64,000 bases of DNA from positions 128,001 to 192,000 of the forward strand of contig CAVUDP010000004.1 in NCBI GenBank assembly GCA_963740315.1, in the 5' to 3' direction. This document shows positions 9,849 to 18,158 of the stretch, one piece after another; the stretch's first letter is position 1, and each line of letters begins with the position of its first letter. The notes beneath the pieces were generated by a model, which saw only the letters and a list, made by a program, of their open reading frames with translations, was not told the DNA's origin and did no database searches. The translations under genes were made by a program, and so were the position numbers. This DNA is from an uncultured cyanobacterium. GTDB taxonomy: Bacteria > Cyanobacteriota > Cyanobacteriia > Cyanobacteriales > Nostocaceae.

Positions 9849-10850
9849 ATGACAATTACTGTTTCAAGTCATAATTGGCAAGAGCTTTGGCAAGAAGATA
9901 AGCAGCAATCTTTAAATAAGCACGAACGCATTTGGAGTTTTTCTAATAATTTGGGAACGGGTTATCAACGACAAATTTTTCTGCGCTCTGGTATATCTAT
10001 TTATATTCACGAGTTAAAATTTATAGATAATATTGTTGAAACAATTTATTCTCAAAAATTTTTACCTGAATTTGCTTTTCATCTCCAAGGAAAGCGTCAG
10101 CTAGTAGATGGAAAATATCATCAAGCGGGAGAAAACTTTTTCGCGATCGGACCTTGTTTAAATGGAACTCAAGAATGGTCTGCTAATTCTCCAATTCTCA
10201 AGATTGATATACATATTGAACCATCAATTTTAGGGAGTTATTTAAACGATTATAATCAAAAAACGCCTTCTCAATTGAATCAGCTTTTGGAAGGTAAAGA
10301 TGAAATTTTTTATTTTAATTCCGGCAAAACAACACCTAAAATGCAAGTTTGTTTGCATCAAATTTTAAATTGTCCCTATCAAGGTGCGACTCGACAAATT
10401 TACTTAGAAGCTAAAGCGTTAGAACTAATTGCTATGCGTTTGCAAGAAGTGCTTTATGAAAATAATTCCCAACATTGTTCAAGCTCTTGTATTCAAGCAA
10501 ATGATATTGAACGAATTCACCACGCTAAAGAAATTTTACGCGCTCGATTTGATAATCCGCCTTCTTTACCAGAATTAGCTCGCAAAGTTGGTTTAAATCA
10601 GCGCAAACTCAAGCAAGGATTTCGTGCTTGTTTTGGAACTACTGCTTTTGGATATTTGCACGAATACCGCATGGAGCAAGCCAGACTGTTACTGACGGAT
10701 ACTCAAATGAGCGTAACTCAAGTTGCTCATAACGTTGGTTATGCGAGTTTACCATCCTTTAGTGCGGCTTTTCGCAAAAAATTCGGTATTTGTCCGCGAA
10801 CTCAGTTTGCTACAACAAAAGATAAAAAGTACCTTTGGAATAAAAAATAG
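9849..10850 (+). CDS. AraC (PchR-like) transcriptional regulator
   Basis: YLEAKALEL, PPSLPELARKVGLN.RKLKQGFR..FGTT.FGYL, VAHNVGY.S...FS.AFRKKFG. Start set at ATG 9849 because the longer ORF reads through a repeat element. Confidence 0.92.
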   Translation: MTITVSSHNWQELWQEDKQQSLNKHERIWSFSNNLGTGYQRQIFLRSGISIYIHELKFIDNIVETIYSQKFLPEFAFHLQGKRQLVDGKYHQAGENFFAIGPCLNGTQEWSANSPILKIDIHIEPSILGSYLNDYNQKTPSQLNQLLEGKDEIFYFNSGKTTPKMQVCLHQILNCPYQGATRQIYLEAKALELIAMRLQEVLYENNSQHCSSSCIQANDIERIHHAKEILRARFDNPPSLPELARKVGLNQRKLKQGFRACFGTTAFGYLHEYRMEQARLLLTDTQMSVTQVAHNVGYASLPSFSAAFRKKFGICPRTQFATTKDKKYLWNKK

Positions 10851-10903
10851 TCCGTCTGGAATAAGACTTCAAGCCTAATAACAGTGTAATGTTATTTTTA
10901 ATA

Positions 10904-10922
10904 ATTGCAAATAATTCTTAAT
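10904..10922. promoter_or_regulatory. Putative Fur box upstream of TonB-dependent receptor
   Basis: ATTGCAAATAATTCTTAAT, 7-1-7 pattern. Confidence 0.6.
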
Positions 10923-11045
10923 TGATGGGTAATAAAAATTACTGTTACCTCAGCCATATATAAGTAATTAGCCAAACCCAATTTAATCGGAGGTATGCAA
11001 CTGCTCTCAAACACTTCTATATTTTATTCATTTTGTGAGGAAAGA

Positions 11046-13676
11046 ATGAAATTACACCAATTGCTGAAAATTATTATATTTACTAGTTTGATGGGAGTTT
11101 TGGGAAATAATCTTGCTTTAGCCTCTGAAGAATTTACCGAAAACAATTCTCGCAAATTCGCACAATCTTCACCTCCTGCAAATGATAATGCAACGCAATT
11201 AATTAAAGTAACTGGGGTCAGATTAAATCAAACGGATAAGGGTATAGAAATAATTTTAGAAACAACTTCTGCTCGAAGTTTACAGGTTGTAAATCGCAGT
11301 CAGGGAAATGATTTTATTGCAGAAATTCCCAACGCTCAACTCAGCGTATCTGAAGGAAATGCGTTTATGAAATCAAAACCGATACAGGGAATTAGCGAGA
11401 TAAAAGTAATTAATAAAGATGCTAATACTGTTCAAGTAAAAGTAACCGGAGAAACAGCTTCACCACAAGTTGATTTATTTGATAGCAGTACGGGTTTGAT
11501 TTTTGGTTTAAAGCCAACAGCATCTACGGCTCAAACACCAGAACAACCCGCAGCAACTCCACCACCGCAGGAATCACAAACACCAGAAAAACCTACCACT
11601 CAAACAGAGGAAGATAATAATCAACCAATTGAACTGGTAGTAACTGCAACTCGAACCGAACAAGATATTCAAAAGGTACCCCGTTCTATCACCGTAATCG
11701 ATCGCTCGGAAGTCGAACAGCAAACTAGATTATCGCGTAATTTAATCGAAATTCTTGGGAAATCGGTACCCGGTTTAGCTCCTCCCACTCAAAGCGGTAG
11801 TACTTTTGGATTATCTTTGCGGGGACGCAATACTTTAGTTTTAATTGATGGGGTTCCTCAGTCTACAAGTCGCAATGCTTTCCGAGATTTGAAAACAATT
11901 GACCCTTCTGCAATCGAACGTGTGGAAGTTGTCAGAGGTCCGAGTGCGATTTATGGTGATGGTGCAACAGGTGGTGTCATCAATATTATTACTAAACGTG
12001 CCGATACAGATAGATTGACTTCAAAAACAGAGTTCGGTGTAAATGCTGCTTTGGGAGAATTAGAAGAAGATAGTTTCGGCACAAATTTACAGCATACAAT
12101 TTCTGTCAACGAGGGTAAAGTTGATTTTACTGGCAATATTTCATTTACGAATACCGGCGTTTATTACGATGCGGAAGGAGACAAAATTCCTACCGATCCC
12201 AACGGTCAAGGTGGTTTCGCGGATGCTCGCAGTATTAATTTATTCGGAAAATTAGGTGTCGATCTTGACGATTATCAACGACTGCAACTGACATTTAACC
12301 GCTTCGACGAAAAGCAAGATACAGATATTGCTAGCGACCCAAGTGTTAATACCATAGAGGGTAGACAAAAGGCTCGCGCTATCGAAGGATTGAGTTTAGA
12401 CGAACTTCCAGGTAACGAAAATACGCTGTTAAATTTACAGTACAATCATGACAATCTATTAAATAGTAAAGTCCAGGCTCAAGCATATTATCGAAATTAT
12501 CTCACCAGATTCTTCCCTTTTGATGGTCGTGCATTCGCTAGTTTGGGTAACGAAATCATTCAATCAGAAGTAGATTCGGAGAAATACGGGGGACGTTTGC
12601 AGATTGAAACTCCTTTATTTGATGGGGAAAAAGCCAAATTACTCTGGGGTGCAGATTATTTCAAGGAAGAAACATCCCAGATTGTTTCTACTTTTGATAG
12701 AGATGTCTTTGATTCAAGTGGAGGATTGGTTTTAAGAAAAAATGGCGATCGCACTTGGGTTCCACCTCTAGATTTAAGCAGTCTGGGAATATTCGCTCAG
12801 TTAAATTTGAATCTCGGTGAAAAACTAGTTTTAAACGGTGGTGTTCGTTACGAAAACTCCGATGTCAGCGTCAATGATTTTAGTACTTTAGCCAATCCCG
12901 ATGTAAATATAGAAGGTGGCGACCTTGATTTTGATGCAACTCTATTTAACGTCGGAGCAGTATACTCAGTTACGGACAACGTAAGTGTATTTGCTAACTT
13001 TTCTCAAGGATTCTCCCTCTCAGATATTGGTTTAGCACTCCGCAACGCACCACCAGGTTTTTCTGTAGAATCCTTAAGTCCGGAACCTCAAAAAGTAGAC
13101 AATTACGAAATCGGCTTGCGTGGTAGATGGAATAAAGTTCAAGCATCCTTATCGGCTTTCTACAACGAATCAGAATTAGGTACAACCTTCACAGCCCCAG
13201 GAACAGTTATCCGCGCACCGGAAAGAATATATGGTGTGGAAGCAGCTATAGACGTAAAACCAAGTCCGAGTTTTGCTTTGGGTGGAACTCTTACATTAAC
13301 TGGTGGTGAAATCGATATTAACGACGATGGTAATTACACTGCTTTGGATGGATTTAGAATCCCACCATTAAAGCTGACAGCTTATGTAGAAAATGAAACT
13401 TTACCAGGATGGAGCAATCGTCTGCAAGCATTATTTTCAGGAAACCGAGACTTGTTTGCAGATAATACCAGTTTTGGTAGAAGACCTGTAGACAGCTATT
13501 TCGTATTAGACTATATCAGCAGCATACAAATGGGTGCTGGGACATTGCAAATTGGCGTTGAAAATCTTTTAGATAATCAATATTTCCCCGTGGTTTCTCA
13601 ATTACAAGCAAGTAATAGCTCTTATAGTGCAGCTAGAGGAAGAACTTTAAGCGTGAGATATTCAGTGGATTGGTGA
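11046..13676 (+). CDS. TonB-dependent siderophore receptor with N-terminal AMIN domain (IutA/aerobactin-schizokinen receptor-like)
   Basis: Signal peptide, AMIN-like region (VTGVRLNQTDKGIEIIL), TonB box ELVVTATR, plug LRGR.TLVLIDGVPQ / IERVEVVRGPSAIYGDGATGGVINIITK, C-terminal aromatic W; alternative start 10995. Confidence 0.93.
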   Translation: MKLHQLLKIIIFTSLMGVLGNNLALASEEFTENNSRKFAQSSPPANDNATQLIKVTGVRLNQTDKGIEIILETTSARSLQVVNRSQGNDFIAEIPNAQLSVSEGNAFMKSKPIQGISEIKVINKDANTVQVKVTGETASPQVDLFDSSTGLIFGLKPTASTAQTPEQPAATPPPQESQTPEKPTTQTEEDNNQPIELVVTATRTEQDIQKVPRSITVIDRSEVEQQTRLSRNLIEILGKSVPGLAPPTQSGSTFGLSLRGRNTLVLIDGVPQSTSRNAFRDLKTIDPSAIERVEVVRGPSAIYGDGATGGVINIITKRADTDRLTSKTEFGVNAALGELEEDSFGTNLQHTISVNEGKVDFTGNISFTNTGVYYDAEGDKIPTDPNGQGGFADARSINLFGKLGVDLDDYQRLQLTFNRFDEKQDTDIASDPSVNTIEGRQKARAIEGLSLDELPGNENTLLNLQYNHDNLLNSKVQAQAYYRNYLTRFFPFDGRAFASLGNEIIQSEVDSEKYGGRLQIETPLFDGEKAKLLWGADYFKEETSQIVSTFDRDVFDSSGGLVLRKNGDRTWVPPLDLSSLGIFAQLNLNLGEKLVLNGGVRYENSDVSVNDFSTLANPDVNIEGGDLDFDATLFNVGAVYSVTDNVSVFANFSQGFSLSDIGLALRNAPPGFSVESLSPEPQKVDNYEIGLRGRWNKVQASLSAFYNESELGTTFTAPGTVIRAPERIYGVEAAIDVKPSPSFALGGTLTLTGGEIDINDDGNYTALDGFRIPPLKLTAYVENETLPGWSNRLQALFSGNRDLFADNTSFGRRPVDSYFVLDYISSIQMGAGTLQIGVENLLDNQYFPVVSQLQASNSSYSAARGRTLSVRYSVDW

Positions 13677-13752
13677 GCAAATTCAATGAGCGTCAGAGTA
13701 GGTTCTATATTCATATTGTATTCTTCGTTACGACCTTATAAACTAATTAATA

Positions 13753-13771
13753 ATTGCTAAAAAATCTCATT
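13753..13771. promoter_or_regulatory. Putative Fur box upstream of the ABC operon
   Basis: ATTGCTAAAAAATCTCATT, 7-1-7 pattern. Confidence 0.5.
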
Positions 13772-13791
13772 AAGTTTCAGGAGGTTAGAAA

Positions 13792-14598
13792 TTGGTAGCA
13801 ATTGATGCTCATGACCTAAAAATTGCTTACGATCGCACAATCGTTGTTTCTGACTTCTCCATCACACTCCATGAGGGTGAAATAACGGCTTTGTTGGGAC
13901 CCAATGGTTCGGGAAAAAGTACGGTATTGCGGACTCTAGCTAGATTGTTGCAACCAAATCGGGGTGCAGTTTATATCAACGGTCGCAATATTGCTAAAAT
14001 GCCGACAAAACAGTTAGCGCGACAGTTAGCAATGCTACCTCAATCATCAGAGGTTCCACCAGCAGTGACCGTTAAGGAATTGATCGGTTACGGACGCTAT
14101 CCCCATCAAAATTTACTGGGGGGATTCTCCTCAAAAGATATCACGGCGATAGAGTGGGCATTGGAAGTGACAGGACTGGAAAACCTTGCCTCAAGGGCTG
14201 TTGATACCCTTTCCGGGGGAGAGCGTCAGCGAGCTTGGATTGCAATGGCGATCGCCCAACAAACCCGCGTATTATTGCTTGATGAACCAACAACATTTTT
14301 AGATATCCGCCATCAATTGGATGTTTTAGCTTTAGTAAGACAGTTAAATAAAGAACATGGAATTACTGTGGGATGGGTGCTACACGATTTAAACCAAGCT
14401 GCGGCTTATAGCGATAACTTAATTATGATTTCCCAAGGGAAGGTAGTTGCTAGTGGAAGTCCTCAAGAGGTGATGACAACCAGCAATATTCAGCAAGTAT
14501 TTGATGTAGAAATGACAGTGATACCCCATCCCATCAACGGTTATCCAACTTGTTTACCCTGCGATTGGGGATTAGCGACAGTGAGGAAAGCGGCATGA
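13792..14598 (+). CDS. fhuC: Iron-siderophore ABC transporter ATPase (FhuC/FecE-like)
   Basis: GPNGSGKST, LSGGERQRAWIAMA, LLLDEPTTFLD, VLHDLNQA. Confidence 0.9.
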   Translation: MVAIDAHDLKIAYDRTIVVSDFSITLHEGEITALLGPNGSGKSTVLRTLARLLQPNRGAVYINGRNIAKMPTKQLARQLAMLPQSSEVPPAVTVKELIGYGRYPHQNLLGGFSSKDITAIEWALEVTGLENLASRAVDTLSGGERQRAWIAMAIAQQTRVLLLDEPTTFLDIRHQLDVLALVRQLNKEHGITVGWVLHDLNQAAAYSDNLIMISQGKVVASGSPQEVMTTSNIQQVFDVEMTVIPHPINGYPTCLPCDWGLATVRKAA

Positions 14599-15539
14599 AT
14601 AAATACAGTAGGCGCTTTTTTCTGACTGCGTTGATGATGTCAGCTTTCACTGTTGCTTGTGGAAATAATTCCAATAATTCTGCTGTTTCCCCAACAGACA
14701 AATCTATCTCAGCAAAAACACCCTCTCGCGTTGTCGCTTTAGGATGGGTATATGTAGAAGATTTGCTGGCTTTGGGAATTCAGCCCGTTGGGGTAGCAGA
14801 TATTGAAGGTTATCAAAAATTTGTCAATATACAGCCTCAATTAGCAGCATCTGTCGTAGATGTAGGGACGCGAGCCGAGCCAAATTTAGAGGCGATCGCT
14901 CAATTAGAACCCGATTTAATTATCGGTGTGGAATTGCGGCATCAAGTAATTTACGACACGCTTAATTCTATAGCTCCAACTTTGTTATTTAATCCTTATC
15001 CGTCAGCAGATAGTGTAAGTCATTTACAAGAAATGCAGCAGACATTTATCAAAATTGCTGACACTATGAAGCGTGAGGAACAAGGAAGAGGGGTATTAGA
15101 AAAAATGCAGGCTACTTTTACACAAGCTGAGAAACAAATTAGCGATTTAAAAATAGTAAATAACAAATTTATTTTAGGTCAATTTAGCGATAGTGCGCCG
15201 CAGCTGCGGTTATTTACAGATAATGCAATGGCAGTACAAATTATCAATAAAATTGGTTTAGAGAATGCTTGGCAAGGTAAACTTGAACCATTTGGATTTA
15301 ATACAGTTTGGATAGAGGCATTACCAAAAGTAGAAGCAGCGAACTTTATTTATATTACTACAGATAACAATATCTATTGGCAGCAATTACAAAATAATCC
15401 GGTGTGGAAAGGTTTAAAGTTTGTGCGAGAAAAACGGCTTTATCCGATTCCATCAGATGCTTGGGTGTTTGGTGGTCCTTTGTCAGCAGAAAATTTGGTT
15501 AATAACATAGTAAATGCTTTTGAGGAGAAGATGAATTAA
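14595..15539 (+). CDS. fhuD: Iron-siderophore ABC substrate-binding lipoprotein (FhuD-like)
   Basis: ATGA overlap with the upstream stop; SRRFFL signal and TVAC lipobox; RVVAL.W, DVGTR.EPNLEAIAQL.PDLI, W.FGGPLSA. Confidence 0.88.
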   Translation: MNKYSRRFFLTALMMSAFTVACGNNSNNSAVSPTDKSISAKTPSRVVALGWVYVEDLLALGIQPVGVADIEGYQKFVNIQPQLAASVVDVGTRAEPNLEAIAQLEPDLIIGVELRHQVIYDTLNSIAPTLLFNPYPSADSVSHLQEMQQTFIKIADTMKREEQGRGVLEKMQATFTQAEKQISDLKIVNNKFILGQFSDSAPQLRLFTDNAMAVQIINKIGLENAWQGKLEPFGFNTVWIEALPKVEAANFIYITTDNNIYWQQLQNNPVWKGLKFVREKRLYPIPSDAWVFGGPLSAENLVNNIVNAFEEKMN

Positions 15540-15684
15540 TGAGAGTTTTTTTATATGTTTTCTTTTGCTCGGACAATTGCTGATTTAAAAAACCGCAGAG
15601 AGGATAATCACAGAGAAATAGATTTTTTGAGAGAGGAAAGTAAATAAAGAAACTTATCACTATTTATCATTTTTTATTGGCATT

Positions 15685-17730
15685 TTGAATATGTCTCATT
15701 CTAAATTTATTCAATTAAAAGAAAATTATTTTATAGTTTTATTTGTAGGAATAACTTTCTTGTTTCTATTATTTTTTATTCATATTACCCAAGGGCAGGC
15801 GGAATTAAGTTTTAATGCAGTAATTAAGGCAATTTTCTTACCCAATAATAGCAATGCCGATAACATTGTCCGCTATCTACGTTTACCCCGTGCAACTATT
15901 ACTGTAATCGTAGGTGCGGCTTTGGGAATAGCGGGAGCGTTATTACAAACCGTGACTCGTAACCCTTTGGCTTCTCCAGCAACTTTGGGAGTAAATGCGG
16001 GTGCTTATCTAACAGTAACAGCTACGGTGATTTTTGCTCCAAAGTTATTCGCACTCTCACCCGTATTGGTAGCATTTGTAGGTGGGTTGCTAGCGGCTTT
16101 TTTAGTATATGCCATTGCTGCTGCTGGGGAGATAACGCCGATTCGGCTAACTCTTGCGGGTGTAGCGGTTTCTCTCACATTGGCATCTTTAACCGCAGCT
16201 TTGCAGCTATTTTACGAAAATGAAACCCGCGATTTATTTTTCTGGGGTGCTGGTTCTTTAGTACAAACGAATTGGGATAGTACGATTTATGCAGCCCCAA
16301 GGATATTAATTGGAATGATAATTGCAATTATTATGGCAAAGCAGTTAGATGTTTTGTTATTGGGAGATGATTTAGCGGTTGCTCTTGGTGCCAGAGTGCA
16401 GTTGAATCGTCTGTTTTCTACTTTGGTGGCTGTGTTTTTGGCATCTGTAGCGGTGAGTGTGGTAGGTGCGATCGGTTTTGTTGGTTTAGTTGCTCCCCAT
16501 TTGGTGAAATTAATGGGATGTCGAAAACATTTTTTATTACTACCTTTAACTGCTATTTGGGGTGCAGTCATGCTGTTAGCTGCGGATACCGTAGCAATGA
16601 TGATGACAACTAATTTGAGTGAATTACCAGCCGGTAGTATTACTGCTTTGATTGGTGCGCCATTTTTAATTTGGTTGGCTCGTTCCCACCAAATACTAAG
16701 TAAGAGTAATGGAAATCAAAGTAGTTTCAAAATGAAATCAAAAACAGCTTTTTCCTATTCAGCTGTATTATTAACGGCATTTTTTTGTTTGATAATTGCT
16801 TTAGTTTTCGGTTTATTATTTGGCAATATTAACTTTAGTTTGATTCAAATAATCGATACATTTCAAGGTAGTGGAAATACTTTAGCTCAAAGAGTTTTAT
16901 TTCAACTTCGCTTACCGCGTCTTTTAGTTGCTTCTCTAGCAGGATCGGCATTAGCAGTAAGTGGTTTGTTATTACAGGGAGTAGTCAGAAATCCCCTTGC
17001 CGGACCGGAGATTATCGGCATTACTTCCGGTGCTGGCTTTGCCGCTTTATTAGTAATGATTGTTATCCCTAATGCCCCAGTAGAAGCGGTGCCGATAGCA
17101 GCTTTTATCGGTGCATTTGCAGCTTTCGGTATTGTATATTTAGCGGCTTGGCAAGGGGGAATAGTACCGACACGATTGGCTTTAGTAGGTATTGCAGTTT
17201 CGGCGTTTTGCGCTGCGGGTATTAACTTAATGATAGTCAGCGCCAAATTGCGAGTAGCACAAGCCTTAGTTTGGTTATCTGGAAGTACCTACGCTCGTCA
17301 GTGGGATGAAGTCGGACGACTAATTATATTTCCTTTAATTTTGTTACCAGTAGCGTGGGTAATTGCCCGTAAAATTGACCTGATGGCATTAGGGGAAGAC
17401 TTACCCCGTACCTTGGGAATGCGACTGCAAACAGCCCGCGCAGTCTGCGTGACAGTAGCCGTTGCTTTAGCCGGTGCAGCAGTATCAACAGTAGGAACCA
17501 TCAGCTTTGTAGGCTTGATAGCTCCCCATGCAGCAAGATTGACAATCGGCGATCGCCACCGTCAATTAGTACCGCTAACAGCGATTTTAGGCGCAATTTT
17601 AGTCACCTTAGCAGACACATTAGGAAGGGTAATTTTAGCACCAAAAGAAATCCCCTCCGGATTAGTCACCGCACTGATTGGCACACCTTATTTCTTATGG
17701 CTGCTAATACCCAAGAGGGAGAGGGGGTGA
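15685..17730 (+). CDS. fhuB: Iron-siderophore ABC permease, fused double FecCD (FhuB-like)
   Basis: Two RLPR/RNPLA.P halves and two GFVGL.APH motifs. Confidence 0.92.
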   Translation: MNMSHSKFIQLKENYFIVLFVGITFLFLLFFIHITQGQAELSFNAVIKAIFLPNNSNADNIVRYLRLPRATITVIVGAALGIAGALLQTVTRNPLASPATLGVNAGAYLTVTATVIFAPKLFALSPVLVAFVGGLLAAFLVYAIAAAGEITPIRLTLAGVAVSLTLASLTAALQLFYENETRDLFFWGAGSLVQTNWDSTIYAAPRILIGMIIAIIMAKQLDVLLLGDDLAVALGARVQLNRLFSTLVAVFLASVAVSVVGAIGFVGLVAPHLVKLMGCRKHFLLLPLTAIWGAVMLLAADTVAMMMTTNLSELPAGSITALIGAPFLIWLARSHQILSKSNGNQSSFKMKSKTAFSYSAVLLTAFFCLIIALVFGLLFGNINFSLIQIIDTFQGSGNTLAQRVLFQLRLPRLLVASLAGSALAVSGLLLQGVVRNPLAGPEIIGITSGAGFAALLVMIVIPNAPVEAVPIAAFIGAFAAFGIVYLAAWQGGIVPTRLALVGIAVSAFCAAGINLMIVSAKLRVAQALVWLSGSTYARQWDEVGRLIIFPLILLPVAWVIARKIDLMALGEDLPRTLGMRLQTARAVCVTVAVALAGAAVSTVGTISFVGLIAPHAARLTIGDRHRQLVPLTAILGAILVTLADTLGRVILAPKEIPSGLVTALIGTPYFLWLLIPKRERG

Positions 17731-17897
17731 TGGGGAGATGGGGGGATGGGGGATGGGGAGATGGGGGGATGGGGAGACAAGGAGACAAGAAGACAAGAAG
17801 ACAAGGAGACAAGAAGACAAGGAGACAAGGAGACAAGGAGACAAGGAGACAAGAAGACAAGGAGACAAGAAGACAAGGAGACAAGAAGACAAGGAGA
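17728..17897. repeat. STRR-type short tandem repeats (GATGGGG; GACAAG(G/A)A)
   Basis: Directly visible heptamer/octamer runs. Confidence 0.95.
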
Positions 17898-17899
17898 AA

Positions 17900-17961
17900 G
17901 TAGTGCGAGCATCTTGCTCGCTAATACGACGGACGACCAGCGAGCAAGATGCTCGCACTAC
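17900..17961. repeat. GTAG-family REP doublet (REPIN-like)
   Basis: GTAGTGCGAGCATCTTGCTCGCT ... AGCGAGCAAGATGCTCGCACTAC perfect inverted pair; related arms at 25834, 43709-43736 and about 60095. Confidence 0.85.
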
Positions 17962-17987
17962 CATTACCTATTCATTACCTATTACAA

Positions 17988-18157
17988 TTCCTCACTCCTA
18001 ACTCCTAACTGGTAACTGGTAACTGGTAACTCCTAACTGGTAACTCCTAACTCCTAACTGGTAACTCCTAACTGGTAACTCCTCACTCCTAACTCTTCAC
18101 TCCTCACTCCTAACTTTTAACTCCTAACTTTTAACTCCTAACTCCTCACTCCTAACT
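17988..18157. repeat. STRR heptamer array (TAACTCC/TAACTGG/TCACTCC)
   Basis: More than 20 heptamer units visible. Confidence 0.95.
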
Positions 18158-18158
18158 G

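Noticed and set aside
17666..18015. Six overlapping short ORFs on both strands
   Set aside because: Translations of STRR repeats that lack stop codons; low-complexity artefacts.
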